The translations under genes were made by a program, and so were the position numbers. This document shows, one piece after another, positions 13,661-26,349 of a stretch of DNA of 64,000 bases (positions are counted from its first letter, which is position 1; each line of letters begins with the position of its first letter). The stretch is from Octopus vulgaris (taxonomy: Eukaryota). The DNA is taken from the NCBI GenBank assembly GCA_951406725.2, contig OX597831.1, forward strand, positions 30,628,001-30,692,000, written 5' to 3'. The notes beneath the pieces were generated by a model that had not been told where the DNA came from, searched no databases, and saw only the letters and a list, made by a program, of their open reading frames with translations.

Positions 13661-15571
13661 ACTTAACAATGACACTTTCATTTGTTCAATTGGATAACTC
13701 TCCTTTCTTTATAAATTAGTTTGTCTCTTGCATAATGACAATAATGATTTATCACACGCACACCGTACCTAAAAATATATAGTGTTCAGTCAATTGAATC
13801 AACCATAACATATGACTGATACTTATTCTATGAAACGCGGAACGAATCAATGAGGCTTAATCTTTGCGGTCACTCAAACTGCTAGAAAAAACCATCAAAT
13901 TTACCTCGAATTACATTCACCATCTTAAGTAATGAAAGAGATATTAAATAATATCGACTAAAAAACTGGATAGTCGAGACAAGAATATTTTTACGAATCC
14001 GCCTACTGTATCAGCATTGATCTGCAGTCAGCGAATACATCACGCTGAGAAATATATTACATCTCAACATTTTGCTATTTGTATTTATTCCCTCTCCACA
14101 TGGAACATCAAATTAAATAATGTTTTAATGACCAAGCATTTACAGTGCTCAATGTTTAAGAAAATTAAATTCTACTCACTCTGGTGCTACACCAAAGCTC
14201 AGACCATTTACGTTATGGTAGATTAGGTAGAACTTACGAGAAATGGGTTTCTTATTCTACTTTATTGCTGCTATTAAATGCTCAAACACTTGTCAAATTA
14301 ATTTCTTGTGTGAAATATGCAAAAAGCTGTTTGAAATTACTGTGAAAAACGGTGGGGAATTACATCGAAGTCCGTTTGCTTGACTAACCGACGTAGTAAT
14401 AATAAACGTAAATTATTGTATTGGTCAGTAATAAAAGCATACACACTGAAAACATTAAGGCAAATCAATACATCTACATGATACACACATGTGTATAATG
14501 TGTATGTATACAAATGTTTCTCTACATACGTTCATACAAACTTACACGCACAGCCGCTTTGTGTGTCGTGGTATATCGATCGTTTGAGCTTAAATCAACG
14601 TATGTAAATATATACGGAGATATCATATAATTGCACATAAATATACTTTAGCGTTTACAGATGTATCACTTGAGACATCTTGATTTATCCAGAATTGCAC
14701 AGCGACAAGGCACAGACATATAGACAGCTGCATCTACGCAGGCAGGAACACAAACTCATATTATATAAGCAGATATAAACAAATGTATTATTGCCGAGCG
14801 ATTCGCTCAAAGTGCAGTAACCAAAATTCTAATAGAAATAGCTAAAGAGATAAGAAATGCAAATCCCTATACTGATTCTAATGATCCAAAAGATTTGTAT
14901 TCAACTGAAATTTTATGTAGCCCTCAGCAAATGTAAGATAAATTTGCAACTGGCAAGAACTCGCGTTTAAAATCGATGTTTTCTCTACCCAGTATGTACT
15001 TCTATTTTAAAACTTAGGTTAACGTCTTTATTGTAAAAATTACGGAGGTGTGCTTGTCAGGTAATGTACCTTTGTCAGTGACTAGCTCGTAGTCTCGTGT
15101 GACGAAAACGTTTGACACTATATTGCAAACAATAAATGTTTAAATGGTGTTAACAGTTTTGTTTTTTTTTTGTTTTTTGTGTGTGTGGATTTCTGAATGG
15201 TTAACACGGGACTTCGACGCTCCTATCATCTTATCTTTAAAAATTAGTTTAGTACCAACATTAAGTCTACGGTATTTGCTGTCGCTAGGAGAATGAACGC
15301 CATTTATTTGCCCCTCTATTTCTTCTTTTACTTGATTCAATCATTTAAGGATGAAAAATGTCGATTACATCGATCCGAGCATTTCCTTGATGCTATATTT
15401 TACCTACTCAGAAAGGATGAAAAGTATAGTCGATCTCAGTAGTATTTGAAAGGAGAAAGTATATAAGTGGAAAACGTATTCCAGTGCATTTTACACGATA
15501 CACTTATGGCCCTACCAGTCCTCCGATTGTTGTTGTTGTTATTATTATTATCATTTTTATTATTATTATTA

Positions 15572-15787
15572 TAGTTTTCTTTATAGCGTGCTTTCACTTC
15601 ACTACCGAGCGCAGCTCTGTGTGCCTTGGGTATGTGCTGTGATTTGTTGTGATGCTCTTATAGTTACTGTATTGAAAGTGTTCTGCGTAGGATGTGTGCA
15701 GTGCCTAGTAGTGCAATTTTCTGTATGTTATATGTGTTTGTAAGTCCTGGTGTTTTTGTTATGAATTTGTCTGAATATTTTTTATCA
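15572..15787 (-). mobile_element. Dong/R4-clade non-LTR retrotransposon 3' end
   Basis: Inverted near-identical copy of 16550-16767 (IQKIALLGTAHILRRTLSIQ + 3' UTR), with (TTA)n on both sides. Confidence 0.85.
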
Positions 15788-15861
<74 letters not shown>

Positions 15862-15924
15862 CCGACGTTGTCTTTCATCCTTTCGGGGTCGATAAATTAA
15901 GTACCAGTGAATCACTGGAGTCAA

Positions 15925-16410
15925 TGAAAAGCAAAGTTGACCACCGCAGAATTTTAAACTCAGAACGCGAAGACGTACGACGAAATACCTATTTCTTTAC
16001 TACCCACAAGGGGCTAAACACAGAAACAAGGACTGACAAACAAGGACAGACCAACGGATTAAGTCGATTAGATCGCCCTCAGTGCGTATCTGGTACTTAT
16101 TTAATTGACCCCGAAAGGATGAAAGGCAAAGTCGACCTCGGCGGAATTTGAACTACGCGAAGACGTACGACGAAATACCTATTTCTTTACTACCCACAAG
16201 GGGCTAAACACAGAAGGGACAAACAAGGACAGACAAACGGTTTAAGTCGATTAGATCGCCCTCAGTGCTAATCTGGTACTTATTTAATCGACCCCGAAAG
16301 GTTGAAAGGCAAAGTCGAACTCGGCGGAATTTGAACTCAGAACGTAGCAGCAGGCGAAATACCGCTTAGCATTTTGTCCGTCTCATTAACATATCTACCA
16401 GCTCGCCGCC
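15925..16410 (-). mobile_element. Tandem array (3 units) of SINE family A
   Basis: Head ends at 16410. Junctions gacgaaatacc|tatttcttt at 15989 and 16179. Confidence 0.85.
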
Positions 16411-16433
16411 TAAATAATAATAATAATAATAAT

Positions 16434-16767
16434 AAGTCTCTAAAAGAAATGGAGAAACTCTCAAAATACAAAGACCTGGAAATAGAGGTAACTAGAATGT
16501 GGAATCTGAAAACAGAAACAATTCCTATCATAGTAGGTGCATTAGGCACGATAAAAAAATATTCAGACAAATACATAACAAAAACACCAGGACTTACAAA
16601 CACATATAACATACAGAAAATTGCACCACTAGGCACTGCACACATCCTACGCAGAACACTTTCCATACAATAACCATCAGAGCATCACAACAAATCACAG
16701 CACATACCCAAGGCACACAGAGCTGCGCTCGGTAGTGAAGTGAAAGCACGCTATAAAAATAAAACTA

Positions 16768-16770
<3 letters not shown>
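16434..16770 (+). mobile_element. Dong/R4-clade non-LTR retrotransposon 3' end (restriction-like endonuclease C-terminus)
   Basis: KEMEKLSKYKDLEIEVTRMWNLKTETIPIIVGALGTI...IQKIAPLGTAHILRRTLSIQ* is the typical R4/Dong RLE tail. Embedded in (TAA)n, the known Dong target. Confidence 0.88.
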
Positions 16771-16827
<57 letters not shown>

Positions 16828-17016
16828 TAATAATAATGATAATAATAATGATGATGATGATGATGATGATGATTTCAAATTTTTGCCACAAGGGCAATTT
16901 GGTGTAGGGAGATAAGTCCATTACATCGAGCCAATTGCGTAACTGGTAAATTATTAATCGACCTGGAATTAATTCGACCTCGGTGGAATTTGAACCCAGA
17001 ACGTAGCGGCAGACGA

Positions 17017-17075
<59 letters not shown>

Positions 17076-17586
17076 TGATAATAACAAAATGCAACAGCAT
17101 CGATGAATTAATAACGTACCCATATCTGTAGCCATATCCATCACTATTTACTATTCAGTTTCTGGTCATCAACCTTAGCGATAGATCAGCTTACGTTATG
17201 ATATTTATTACTCGCTCTATATTCGTGTTAAGATTTCATTCAAACATAAATCCATATTAAATGTACTTTTAAGCTATAATCATGTAGAGTGGAGCTAACA
17301 GAGACAAAGCAAGCCAGTCTGTGATGATATATAACGAATATAGCGGGCTTGCCTTCCAACCAAATGGACAACCAGCCAAACAGCCAGCCGACCAGCCGAC
17401 AGTCGACCAGCCGATCAGCCGACCAGCCGAGCCGCCAGCCAGCCAGCGAGCACAGCTTCGTGGTTTATCCACCATTTGTAAAATGCCTTAACAGAGGTTG
17501 GTGAAATGAAGTAAGACAATATATATATTTTTTTTTTCTGTGAAAGCATATTGATTTAAATGATTTATATTCTGCTACATTTAGAT

Positions 17587-17770
17587 GACGACGACGACGA
17601 CGACCACCACCACCACCACCACCACTGCCAAAATAACCACTACCAACAACACCACCATCACCACCACCACCACCACCACCACCACCACCACCACCAACAC
17701 TCCCACCACCACCACCACCACCACCACCACCACCATCATCATCATTACTACTACTGCTACTACTACTACA

Positions 17771-17820
<50 letters not shown>

Positions 17821-17825
17821 AGCTG

Positions 17826-17917
<92 letters not shown>

Positions 17918-17930
17918 GATGATAATAATA
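17587..17930. repeat. Compound trinucleotide microsatellite
   Basis: (GAC)n(CAC)n(CAT)n(TAC)n(TAA)n in series. Confidence 0.95.
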
Positions 17931-17958
17931 CTGCTGCCGTTCACAATGGAGTGTGTGT

Positions 17959-18003
<45 letters not shown>

Positions 18004-18237
18004 TAAAGTAAGGTTATACATTTCACCACAGTTACTGAATCAGCAGAAATTTGTATTTCTTTTCCGTTTTCTTTATTTGTGATCATGAAAAACACTAAGA
18101 TTATAGCTTGCTTTCTCTCTCATTCCCATTTCCATTCTCTCTCACTCTTCATCCCTTTCTCTCTCTCTCTCTCTCTCTCTCTTTTAATCGCTCAGTCTCC
18201 TTCTTTCTCTTCCTCACTGCCATCCGTGTCTGGGTGC

Positions 18238-18288
<51 letters not shown>

Positions 18289-18446
18289 CCATACAAATAT
18301 ACCCACACAGACATTAAGATAAACAAGCAAATCATACGCGCAAGCACACATGAACACACTGCGCAAAACACACGTAAACACGCTATTCAAATACATGCAT
18401 ATACACGCATACACATTGCATAGGTATGTATTTATATGCGTATAGG

Positions 18447-18536
<90 letters not shown>

Positions 18537-18539
18537 GTT

Positions 18540-18876
18540 TAAATATTTGTTGTGCAAGATTTTTTATGTAAAGTCGTGTGTTGAAACATATATTGTTATA
18601 TTTCGGAATGGTCATATTGCCAGTTTAGCCAATAAAAACACACGCACTATATATTTGGTGTTATTTTGTTTCAGTGTTATTTATTTTTTACATTTATCTT
18701 AATCTTATTTCGGCCAGAGTTCTTTCGTCACACTCCTGTGAGCGCATCAGTGGTCCTTTGTTTACTTATTTCTTATTTGTGTCTCTCCTTACTAACGGTT
18801 AGTAAGGAGATATATAGTGCGTGTGTTTTTATTGGCTAAACTGGCAATATGACCATTCCGAAATATAACAATATAT
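18540..18876 (-). mobile_element. Fold-back PLE-terminus-like module 1
   Basis: Perfect 67-bp inverted repeat 18588-18654 / 18810-18876, with a hammerhead-like motif in the spacer and (AT)n on both sides. Confidence 0.7.
18712..18756 (-). ncRNA. Degenerate minimal hammerhead motif
   Basis: ggacca CTGATGCG ctcac-aggagt-gtgac GAAA gaact C tggcc. Confidence 0.5.
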
Positions 18877-18886
18877 ATATATATAT

Positions 18887-19125
18887 ACAATTGCAGCGTG
18901 GAAGGTGTTTATAAGCCATTTAAGAAACACACAAAAGCCGTTCGATTCACTCCAACATTTAAGTTTAATTTGTCAAAATATTTTCGTCGCTAAAATCCGC
19001 GACCTGTTCACTGACAAAGTCCGTGCTGCAGCTTAAATGGCTTATAAACACCTTCCACGCTGCAATTGTTTTCGTTTCAGCACACGATCTCAGATCAAAT
19101 TACTTGCTATGCGAGTACATCTCCG

Positions 19126-19128
<3 letters not shown>
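18887..19128 (-). mobile_element. Fold-back PLE-terminus-like module 2
   Basis: Perfect 38-bp inverted repeat 18887-18924 / 19032-19069, with a hammerhead in the spacer and (AT)n flanks. Confidence 0.7.
18969..19018 (-). ncRNA. Minimal type I hammerhead with G3-C8 core swap
   Basis: tttgtca GTGAACAG gtcgc-ggatttta-gcgac GAAA atatt T tgacaaa. Perfect 7-bp stem I, 5-bp stem II, palindromic stem III AATATT. Confidence 0.75.
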
Positions 19129-19166
<38 letters not shown>

Positions 19167-19167
<1 letters not shown>

Positions 19168-19329
19168 TTTATTTTAAGCAGCAGAAAATTCAACAAAATC
19201 TGTTACTCTGAGTTTCTCGTTGCCGTTCATCAGACAGTTTTTGCTAGAATAGCAAAAACTGTCTGATGAACGGCAACGAGAAACTCAGAGTAACAGATTT
19301 TGTTGAATTTTCTGCTGCTTAAAATAAAG
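19167..19329. repeat. Perfect 80-bp-arm palindrome (module 3)
   Basis: 19167-19246 is the exact reverse complement of 19250-19329, with loop gaa. Confidence 0.95.
19259..19296 (+). ncRNA. Minimal type I hammerhead motif (mirror copy at 19200-19237 on minus)
   Basis: ctgt CTGATGAA cg-gcaa-cg a GAAA ctc-a-gag TA acag. GUA cleavage triplet. Confidence 0.7.
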
Positions 19330-19737
19330 CATATTACTCTACCACTGGTATTTGAGTACTCTTTTTTCCACCTTGTTTCACATTTATGTGTTTACTCCGG
19401 TATATATATATATATATATATGTGCATATGTGGGTGTGTATGTGCGTGTGTGTGTGTGTGCTTTGCAAGCAACTTGCACATGCAAGTGCTATCAGTCGAG
19501 AACTCCGAATACTTGAAGCTAGCAAGTGTATGGAGTCATCAGGAAGGAACGCGCGCCGTTTCGGGCCTACGTCTCGGCGGCATCATTGCACACGCCCTAC
19601 CCCTGTTATGAGGCCCCATTTGCTAGATCAACTAGCTCAATATTCTTCTAGCCATCGCTCGTCGTCTCTTTTTAACTAAATCCAGTCCACTTTAGTTTGG
19701 ACATCGGTCACGGTGATATTTACTTTACGATGAATTG

Positions 19738-20020
19738 TAAGCCTGGTATTCATTCTCTCGGTTTCTCTTGCCAAATCGCTAGGTTACGGGGACGCAAACA
19801 CACCAACATCGGTTGTCAAAGTCATGTTGGGGAAACAAAGACAGACACAAAGACATACAAACATATATACGTATATATACGACGGGCTTCTTTCAGTTTC
19901 CGTCTACCAAATTCACTCCCAAGGCTATAATAGAAGACACTTGCTCAAGATGCCACGCAGTGGGACTGAACCCGGAACCATGTGGCGGGGAAGCAAGCTT
20001 CTTACCACACAACAACGCCT
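19738..20020 (-). mobile_element. SINE family B, partial
   Basis: Head and body homologous to 8052-8466. Confidence 0.75.
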
Positions 20021-20180
20021 ATATATATATACATGGCGTGGGTATGTGGTTCTCAGTTACATGCTCCTGGGTTCAGTCCAACTTGGATAGCTATCTTCTA
20101 CTGTAGACTTGGAACTACCAAAGCGTTGTGAGTAGATTTAGCTGAGGGAAACTGAGAAAGGCCCGTCATATACATGTATG

Positions 20181-20217
<37 letters not shown>

Positions 20218-20218
20218 A

Positions 20219-20620
20219 TTCTTTTATTTGTTTCAGTCATTTGGATGCGAACATGCTGGATCACCTTAAAGGTGATTTTGTCGAAGAAATCGACCCCAGG
20301 ACTTATCCTTTCTAAGACTTAGTACTTTTTCTAATGCTTCTTTTTGCCGAACTACTAGTTCACTGGGACATAAACATACCAACATCGGTTGTTAAGCGAT
20401 GGTGAGGGGATAAATACAAACACAAAGGCACACTCACACCGACAGACACGCATACGCACACACATACACATTCTTTCAGTTTCGGTCTACCAAATCTGTT
20501 CACAGGGCTTCGGTCATCCCGAGGCTATAATAGAAGACACTTGCCCAAGATGCCACACAGTGGGACTGAACCCGGAACCATGTGGTTAGGAAGCAACCTT
20601 CTTACCACACAGCCACGTCT
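20219..20620 (-). mobile_element. SINE family B, diverged
   Basis: Homologous over most of its length. A degenerate plus-strand head lies just upstream (~20035-20170). Confidence 0.75.
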
Positions 20621-21209
20621 ATATGTATTCTGTCGTGTCTGAACAGACCAAGCGGACCTTTAACAGATTGAGATTCGATTCTTCCCGTGTAGAAACATTC
20701 AAATATTTACACATACACACACATATTCATACCTATGCAGCAGCCCAGTCCCACACCACTCGCATGTAAGCATGAATGAATTTACATATGTGTGTATGTG
20801 TATGTGTGGTTGTTTATCAGAGTCAGCTTGTATGTAGTGTATCTGTGTGAGCACCGTTATACACATATACACACATATGCGCAAGTACATATTCAATATA
20901 AATCACTTTCCTTAATTGAAATCCTCCGAGATCGAAGCAAAACATCAAAAATCAGTGTGTAACTGACAAATCCGTCAAATTCGTTTAGCTGGTTTAATAT
21001 TCTTTCTATTTGAATTTGCTTTCTCGCAAGAAATAGTGTTTTGCATTATTTATTATTCAAATCTGGCCCATTAATCTTTATATATATATAGGTGAATGTA
21101 TGTTCCAAATTCTAGGTCACCATTCTTCACCGAGATAGATGATAATCTGAATATGTGGCATAAATCTTGGAAGATGAGTATATAAAATGAGAGATCTTGT
21201 TCCTGAAAA

Positions 21210-21420
21210 TTTTCATCACCATCATCCTTCGACCAATGATAGGTTGGTCGGAACTCCATTGGCATTCCCTTTCCACACTACACGATCCTGCATTGCTTTG
21301 TCAGATCTCTAATATCCAGCCCTGAGTCCCAAGATATAGTATTTCTCTGCTCGATAACAGTGGCCAGTAAATTGTAGTCGTTTCTGCCTTACCTTGAGGG
21401 ATATTGGTATCAGATTTCTG
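21210..21420 (-). mobile_element. RTE-group LINE 3' remnant
   Basis: Minus translation RNLIPISLKVRQKRLQFTGHCYRAEK...DSGLDIRDL..AMQDRVVW (frameshifted), followed by a short gat-type tail. Confidence 0.7.
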
Positions 21421-21509
21421 TAGATGTTACTAAGTGTTTTTTTTTACACGTACTTCATAAGCACTGAATATATACACATATGAGAGAAGTATGTGTGTAT
21501 GCGTATGTT

Positions 21510-21798
21510 TGAAGGCACGTGACCTAGCGGATAGGGGTTTCGGACTCAAGATCTTGCGATCGTGATTTCGATTCCCGGACCGGCAGTGCCTTACGCACTT
21601 CAGCAAAACACTTCCTTTCATGCAATTTCAGTCTATCCTGTTGTTAATGGGTGATCCTGCAACGGACTGGTGTTCCGTTCCAGAGGAATGTTGGCCTGCC
21701 TGCCGAGACAGCGACGTTGCATATTTCGAAAGCTGCAAAAATGTGAGGAAGCGCATTGTGACCAGCAGTATATAACAACATACGACAGTCTGGTCATT
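21510..21798 (+). mobile_element. SINE with degenerate family D head and a distinct tail
   Basis: tgaaggcacgtgacctagcgg...atttcgattcccggaccgg...cagcaaaacacttcctttcatg. Confidence 0.6.
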
Positions 21799-22199
21799 TA
21801 GAGTAATTGTGTAACCTTAGTACAGTCTTTTACTTGTTTTAGTATTTGTGGGGTGAGGAACAAATTCATGTTTCCAAATGCGAGAATAAAACTTTAGATT
21901 AGGTCCCGTATTTGTTTATATTTCGTGTATTGTAACGAAGTTTCACGTGAGCCATCTTCTGCATGACTTGTAAGAAGGATTTCTGAATAAATTTGCATCC
22001 TTGAAGTCAGCGAAGCATTTCAGCATTGCTTTAACGCAAATTAAAACAAGGAATTCATGCAATTATTGTTTCTTTCGGTATAAATAATCTCAGACAAGAC
22101 TGGTTATAGCTGCAAGATTACAATATAATCACACCGTGTGAACTTTTATTGATTACTGACTTTTTCCAAATTTAATATTCGAATACTAACTATATCACT

Positions 22200-22520
22200 G
22201 GCGGCGAGCTGTCAGGATCGTCTGCACGCCGGGCAAAATGCTTAGCGGTATTTCGTCTGCCGTTACGTTCTGAGTTCAAATTCCGCCGAGGTCGACTTTG
22301 CCTTTCATCCTTTCGGGGTCTATTAAATATGTACCAGTTACGCATTGGGGCCGATACAATCGACTTAATCCGTGTGTCTGTCCTTGTTTGTCCCCTCTGT
22401 GTTTGTCCCCTTGTTGGTAGTAAAGAAATAGGTATTTCGTCCGTCCTTAAATTCTGAGATCAAATTCCGCCGTGGTCGACTTTGCTTTTTATCTTTCCGG
22501 GGTCGATAAGATAAGAACCA
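22200..22520 (+). mobile_element. SINE family A dimer
   Basis: Full unit, then a restart at aaagaaata|ggtatttcgtc (22431). Confidence 0.85.
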
Positions 22521-23920
22521 GTCTAACACGCCTGGGCCAGAGTATAAAAACTGCACCCCATTGCCATGTCGAGCCAGTGTTACAAGATAAGATCATCAAG
22601 CTAGTATGATCTCCCGGGAGAAAAGAACATGCTGAGGCCTTCGTTCTGCAGTGGACTGAACATAGGCAACCCAATCCAACCCAATTATTTCACTAACCCC
22701 TATATTTGAATAGTATGCCTTTGATGAGATTTGAACGCAGAGGATTGAATGTCAAAGCTACATATTTTCACTGAAACATCATTCCACTTACTCTCAGACA
22801 CTTGGCTTTCATATCTATGTTTAAGACTATTTCCAAATTAGTTTGTTCCACGTTACCAGCGATCGAGTTTTTAACCATGTTGCTCTTGCCTTAATTAGGC
22901 TTTATAAATTTGAAGTAGGAAAGCGGTTCTTATGGTCTCAGTGTATGTAGACGACACTGTAAGTAAGTGGTATCAATAATCTAAATCGAGTATTCTTCAC
23001 CATTACATGTGAAGTAAATATGTACATGTGAAAACGTGGAAGATTCATGTGTTTGTATTGCTTTAGCGAATGAAAAATATATCTCAACTAAATAGAATGC
23101 ACGGCTCAATGAAATTTTAGATTTCGTGTAAGATCAATTTTCTAAGGACAGTAACTTCCTTACAATTTCAACGTTATCGAAGAAGACCACCAAAGTAGGA
23201 GAATTTAGAAATGTAAAATTAAGTGTCATGTCCTCAATCAGCGAAACACGTACAACTGATATCAACTAACAAAATCCAGCGGTTCATCAGTTTGAAACAA
23301 TTTTTAATCAACACACTTGTTATATTGTTCAAAGCTGCAAATGATATCGTATTGCTTTTACACCTCTTTTTACAATTCAGTTTGTTTTACCACTGGCTTT
23401 CAAAAGATGTGTTTGAAAGGTTTAGAAAACCCACACTAATCTTTATAGATCAGTTATTATCGAATTTTCTTTTTTATCCACAAATATCAACGACGTTGAT
23501 ACACACACACACTTTTTGTGAACAAATGCTGAAAAATACGCATGTTGTTTATATCCTCCCTGATGAGATTGATGCATTGCTCCACATTATTCATCCTGTC
23601 GGATTTATTTTGAATGCACTAATCGAAACATGTCGATGATATGAAGATATAAATGATTTAACATCATTTTGAGCGTTTGTCTCCATTTTCAATTTTTCCC
23701 ATGTTCTCCAAAACACGCGACGCTTCTCCCCGGAATTAACTCCAACAGAAGTGTGATCACTTATTCCTAAGACACTTATGGGACATCCGGCTACCTTGTA
23801 ATTATTTCCCTGGATCTTTCCTATGTATGTAAGTATGTATGTGCATACGACGAACGTATACATATATATATATATATATATGACACACACGTTTTCAGAG
23901 TATATGTATGTATGTATGTA

Positions 23921-23969
<49 letters not shown>

Positions 23970-24003
23970 GCATATCTATGTACATATCAGAGTTGTAAGA
24001 ATA

Positions 24004-25194
24004 CAGGGTTCGTCAGTATTTTGAGAACGCACCTTTCAAGATCTCTAATTTTATTTTTCTTATTTTAACCTTCCCTTTCAGATAAGTAATATCAGACATA
24101 AGGTTGGCCCACCAATGAAAAAGCACGCTATAATCGTTGCCTTAAAAGCGCTGCATTGTGATACAGAAATAGCTCGCTTCCTGGAAATTTGCCGATCTTT
24201 CGTTGTCGAAGTTTCAAGGGAGATGAGTTCCAATATGAGCAGCTAAACGCAAAATGTATGCACAGGCTTCTTATACCATCAGAACAAATAACTTTGAGCA
24301 AAAAGTCCAGGACATAATCGGAAAGTCAATAAGAGCCAATTCAAAGGACCTAAAGATTTGAGAATGTGCACGAGGACATCTTGTAAAAGTTGTATGTGAT
24401 ACGGATGGGTCAGTCTGTTTCGGATATGACAAAGGATAATTGTTTCATCTGTGCACAGTGCTTTGCTAAACAAGTTAAATCACGAAGAGGCTAGAATGCT
24501 TTGTTTTTCTTTCCGATATGAAAATGGTAAATCGATGGAACAACAGATCGCTATACATAGACACGAATGAACTTTCGAAAGTCATGCATACTAAGTTCCC
24601 AGCAACTGTGGGGATTCTGGGAGTCGTCAGCAACGAGGAATGTGTCCTAGTCCTAACTCATTTTCAGAGGTTTAAGAGTCAATGCTGTTCTTTACACAGA
24701 AGTTTTGGAGAAAGTTGTGAGGCCCAGGATTAACAGAACACGCAACAGAAGACCGTACATCTTCTAACAATGCTCTGCGCCTGTTTCATAAAGGTATGAC
24801 AGTCCAAGCGTGGATGCATTCCAATCGCCATGACTCTGTTCTCCAAGATAGATGGCATACTAGTTCACCAGATCTCAATCCACTAGACTATTACGTATGG
24901 ATCGAGGTGGACAGTTCAATCAACAACCCTACATTACCATAAAATCTCTCAAGTTCACCATATCACACACAATGTGCAAAGTTAATAAAAGTCATTTGAT
25001 TCGGAGTTGTCAACGCTTCCGACCCCGTAGTGAAGCAGCCATTGATGCTAACGGTGGTTTCATATAATAGGTGTGAGAAAAGGATTCTCAAGATTATTTG
25101 TATCAGCTTGTTTTCAAATACAGTTTTTCTCTGATGGGCAACGCGTCTTACTCTAAATTCATACAAATGAATTCAAAAATACTGACGCACACTA
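24004..25194 (+). mobile_element. Decayed Tc1/mariner transposon, DD37D (maT)-like
   Basis: TIRs cagggttcgtcagtattttg / caaaaatactgacgcacact, with left TA. Broken transposase: MKKHAIIVALKA...; HTKFPATVGILGVVSNE; WHTSSPDLNPLDYYVW. Confidence 0.8.
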
Positions 25195-25264
25195 TGATTA
25201 CCGAGATCGATTTATTTGTTCGACGAAATACTTCAGTGTGGTGTCCAGCATGGCGGTAGTCAAG

Positions 25265-25488
25265 TTAAGTTAATTTAATTTAATTTTTTGGCTCAAAAAG
25301 CAAAAAGCAAGGCCATGTAGGGGGACATGGAGTTATGTACAGGGGTGTTCATACAAAGGGTTCAGGCCATTTCTGGTCAAGAGAGACTTTGAACCGAGCG
25401 GTCGTCGGCATCTTCACTATCTCGTCAGGCAGCTTATTCCACGGATCCGCAACCCGGACGGAGAAAGCCCCTCTCCTTCGATTGAGAT
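25265..25488 (-). mobile_element. CR1-group LINE 3' end
   Basis: LNRRRGAFSVRVADPWNKLPDEIVKMPTTARFKVSLDQKW matches the FS.RV...WN.LP...FK..LD terminal motif. Short UTR with an (aaatt)n tail. Confidence 0.8.
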
Positions 25489-26269
25489 AAGCAGAAGATA
25501 AACAAATAAACGAGAACATTTGTAGCAACTACAAAAATAGGAACTACGAAAATAGGAGAACACCTCCACAGGCCAGTTGGTCACAAGTTAAAGTGATTTA
25601 GCGAATGTAAATTTTCACCGAGCTGTTTAGGATTCAATTGTTTGAACAACGAATAAGAAGATTTGCAATGCACTGTTTATTGCTACAGAATATTTACAAG
25701 GACAATAAGTTATTAACGTAGTCGATCTAGCTTCAGATATATTACGTTCCATTTCTAGTATATCCTATGATGTATCATAATAAAGATTAATTCATTCTCT
25801 TCATTCGTTATTATGGTGGCTGCTGTTGTTGTTGTTTTTGTTCAACCTTAGGTTACTTGCGATTACGAAGTTTGAGCGAAAGTATGCCAGCCTTGACCAT
25901 CTCGTCATTTATGGCAGATATCGGGGACAGTGTTTTCTAGTCCATCGTATGTTTTGTAAAAGAGTAGGATTAATCTGAGAGAGATTTGCTGCTATTTTTA
26001 GCAAGTCGAGTGATCACATAAAAACTTCCTAGTTCTATATTTGACATAAGGAGATCATTTCTTAATCTCCTTGAGCTCTTACAAAGACACACACAAAGAC
26101 ACACACACACACACACTTCTTGGCGTGTGTTTGCACACATGTAAACATATGCCGAAAAATACGCATAACATATACAAACATTCAAATATATATGTTTGTG
26201 ATTAAATGTGTGCGTATGTATGTGTATACATACATACATACATATATAATAGATATATCTTTATATATA

Positions 26270-26349
<80 letters not shown>

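Noticed and set aside
17360-17515. (cagccgac)-like repeat followed by a gtaag donor-like site
   Set aside because: Simple repeat with no supporting reading frame or partner exon.
17465-18082. Poly-Thr/His/Gly/Ser ORFs
   Set aside because: Compound trinucleotide microsatellite open in several frames, with no domain or splice evidence.
19545-19595. Minus-strand atgatgc...gaaacggc hammerhead-like string
   Set aside because: Several core mismatches and stems that depend on G-U pairs.
23090-23801. Possible Tc1/mariner remnant (tacaaggtagccggatgtccc end on minus)
   Set aside because: No matching second TIR or clear transposase motif found.
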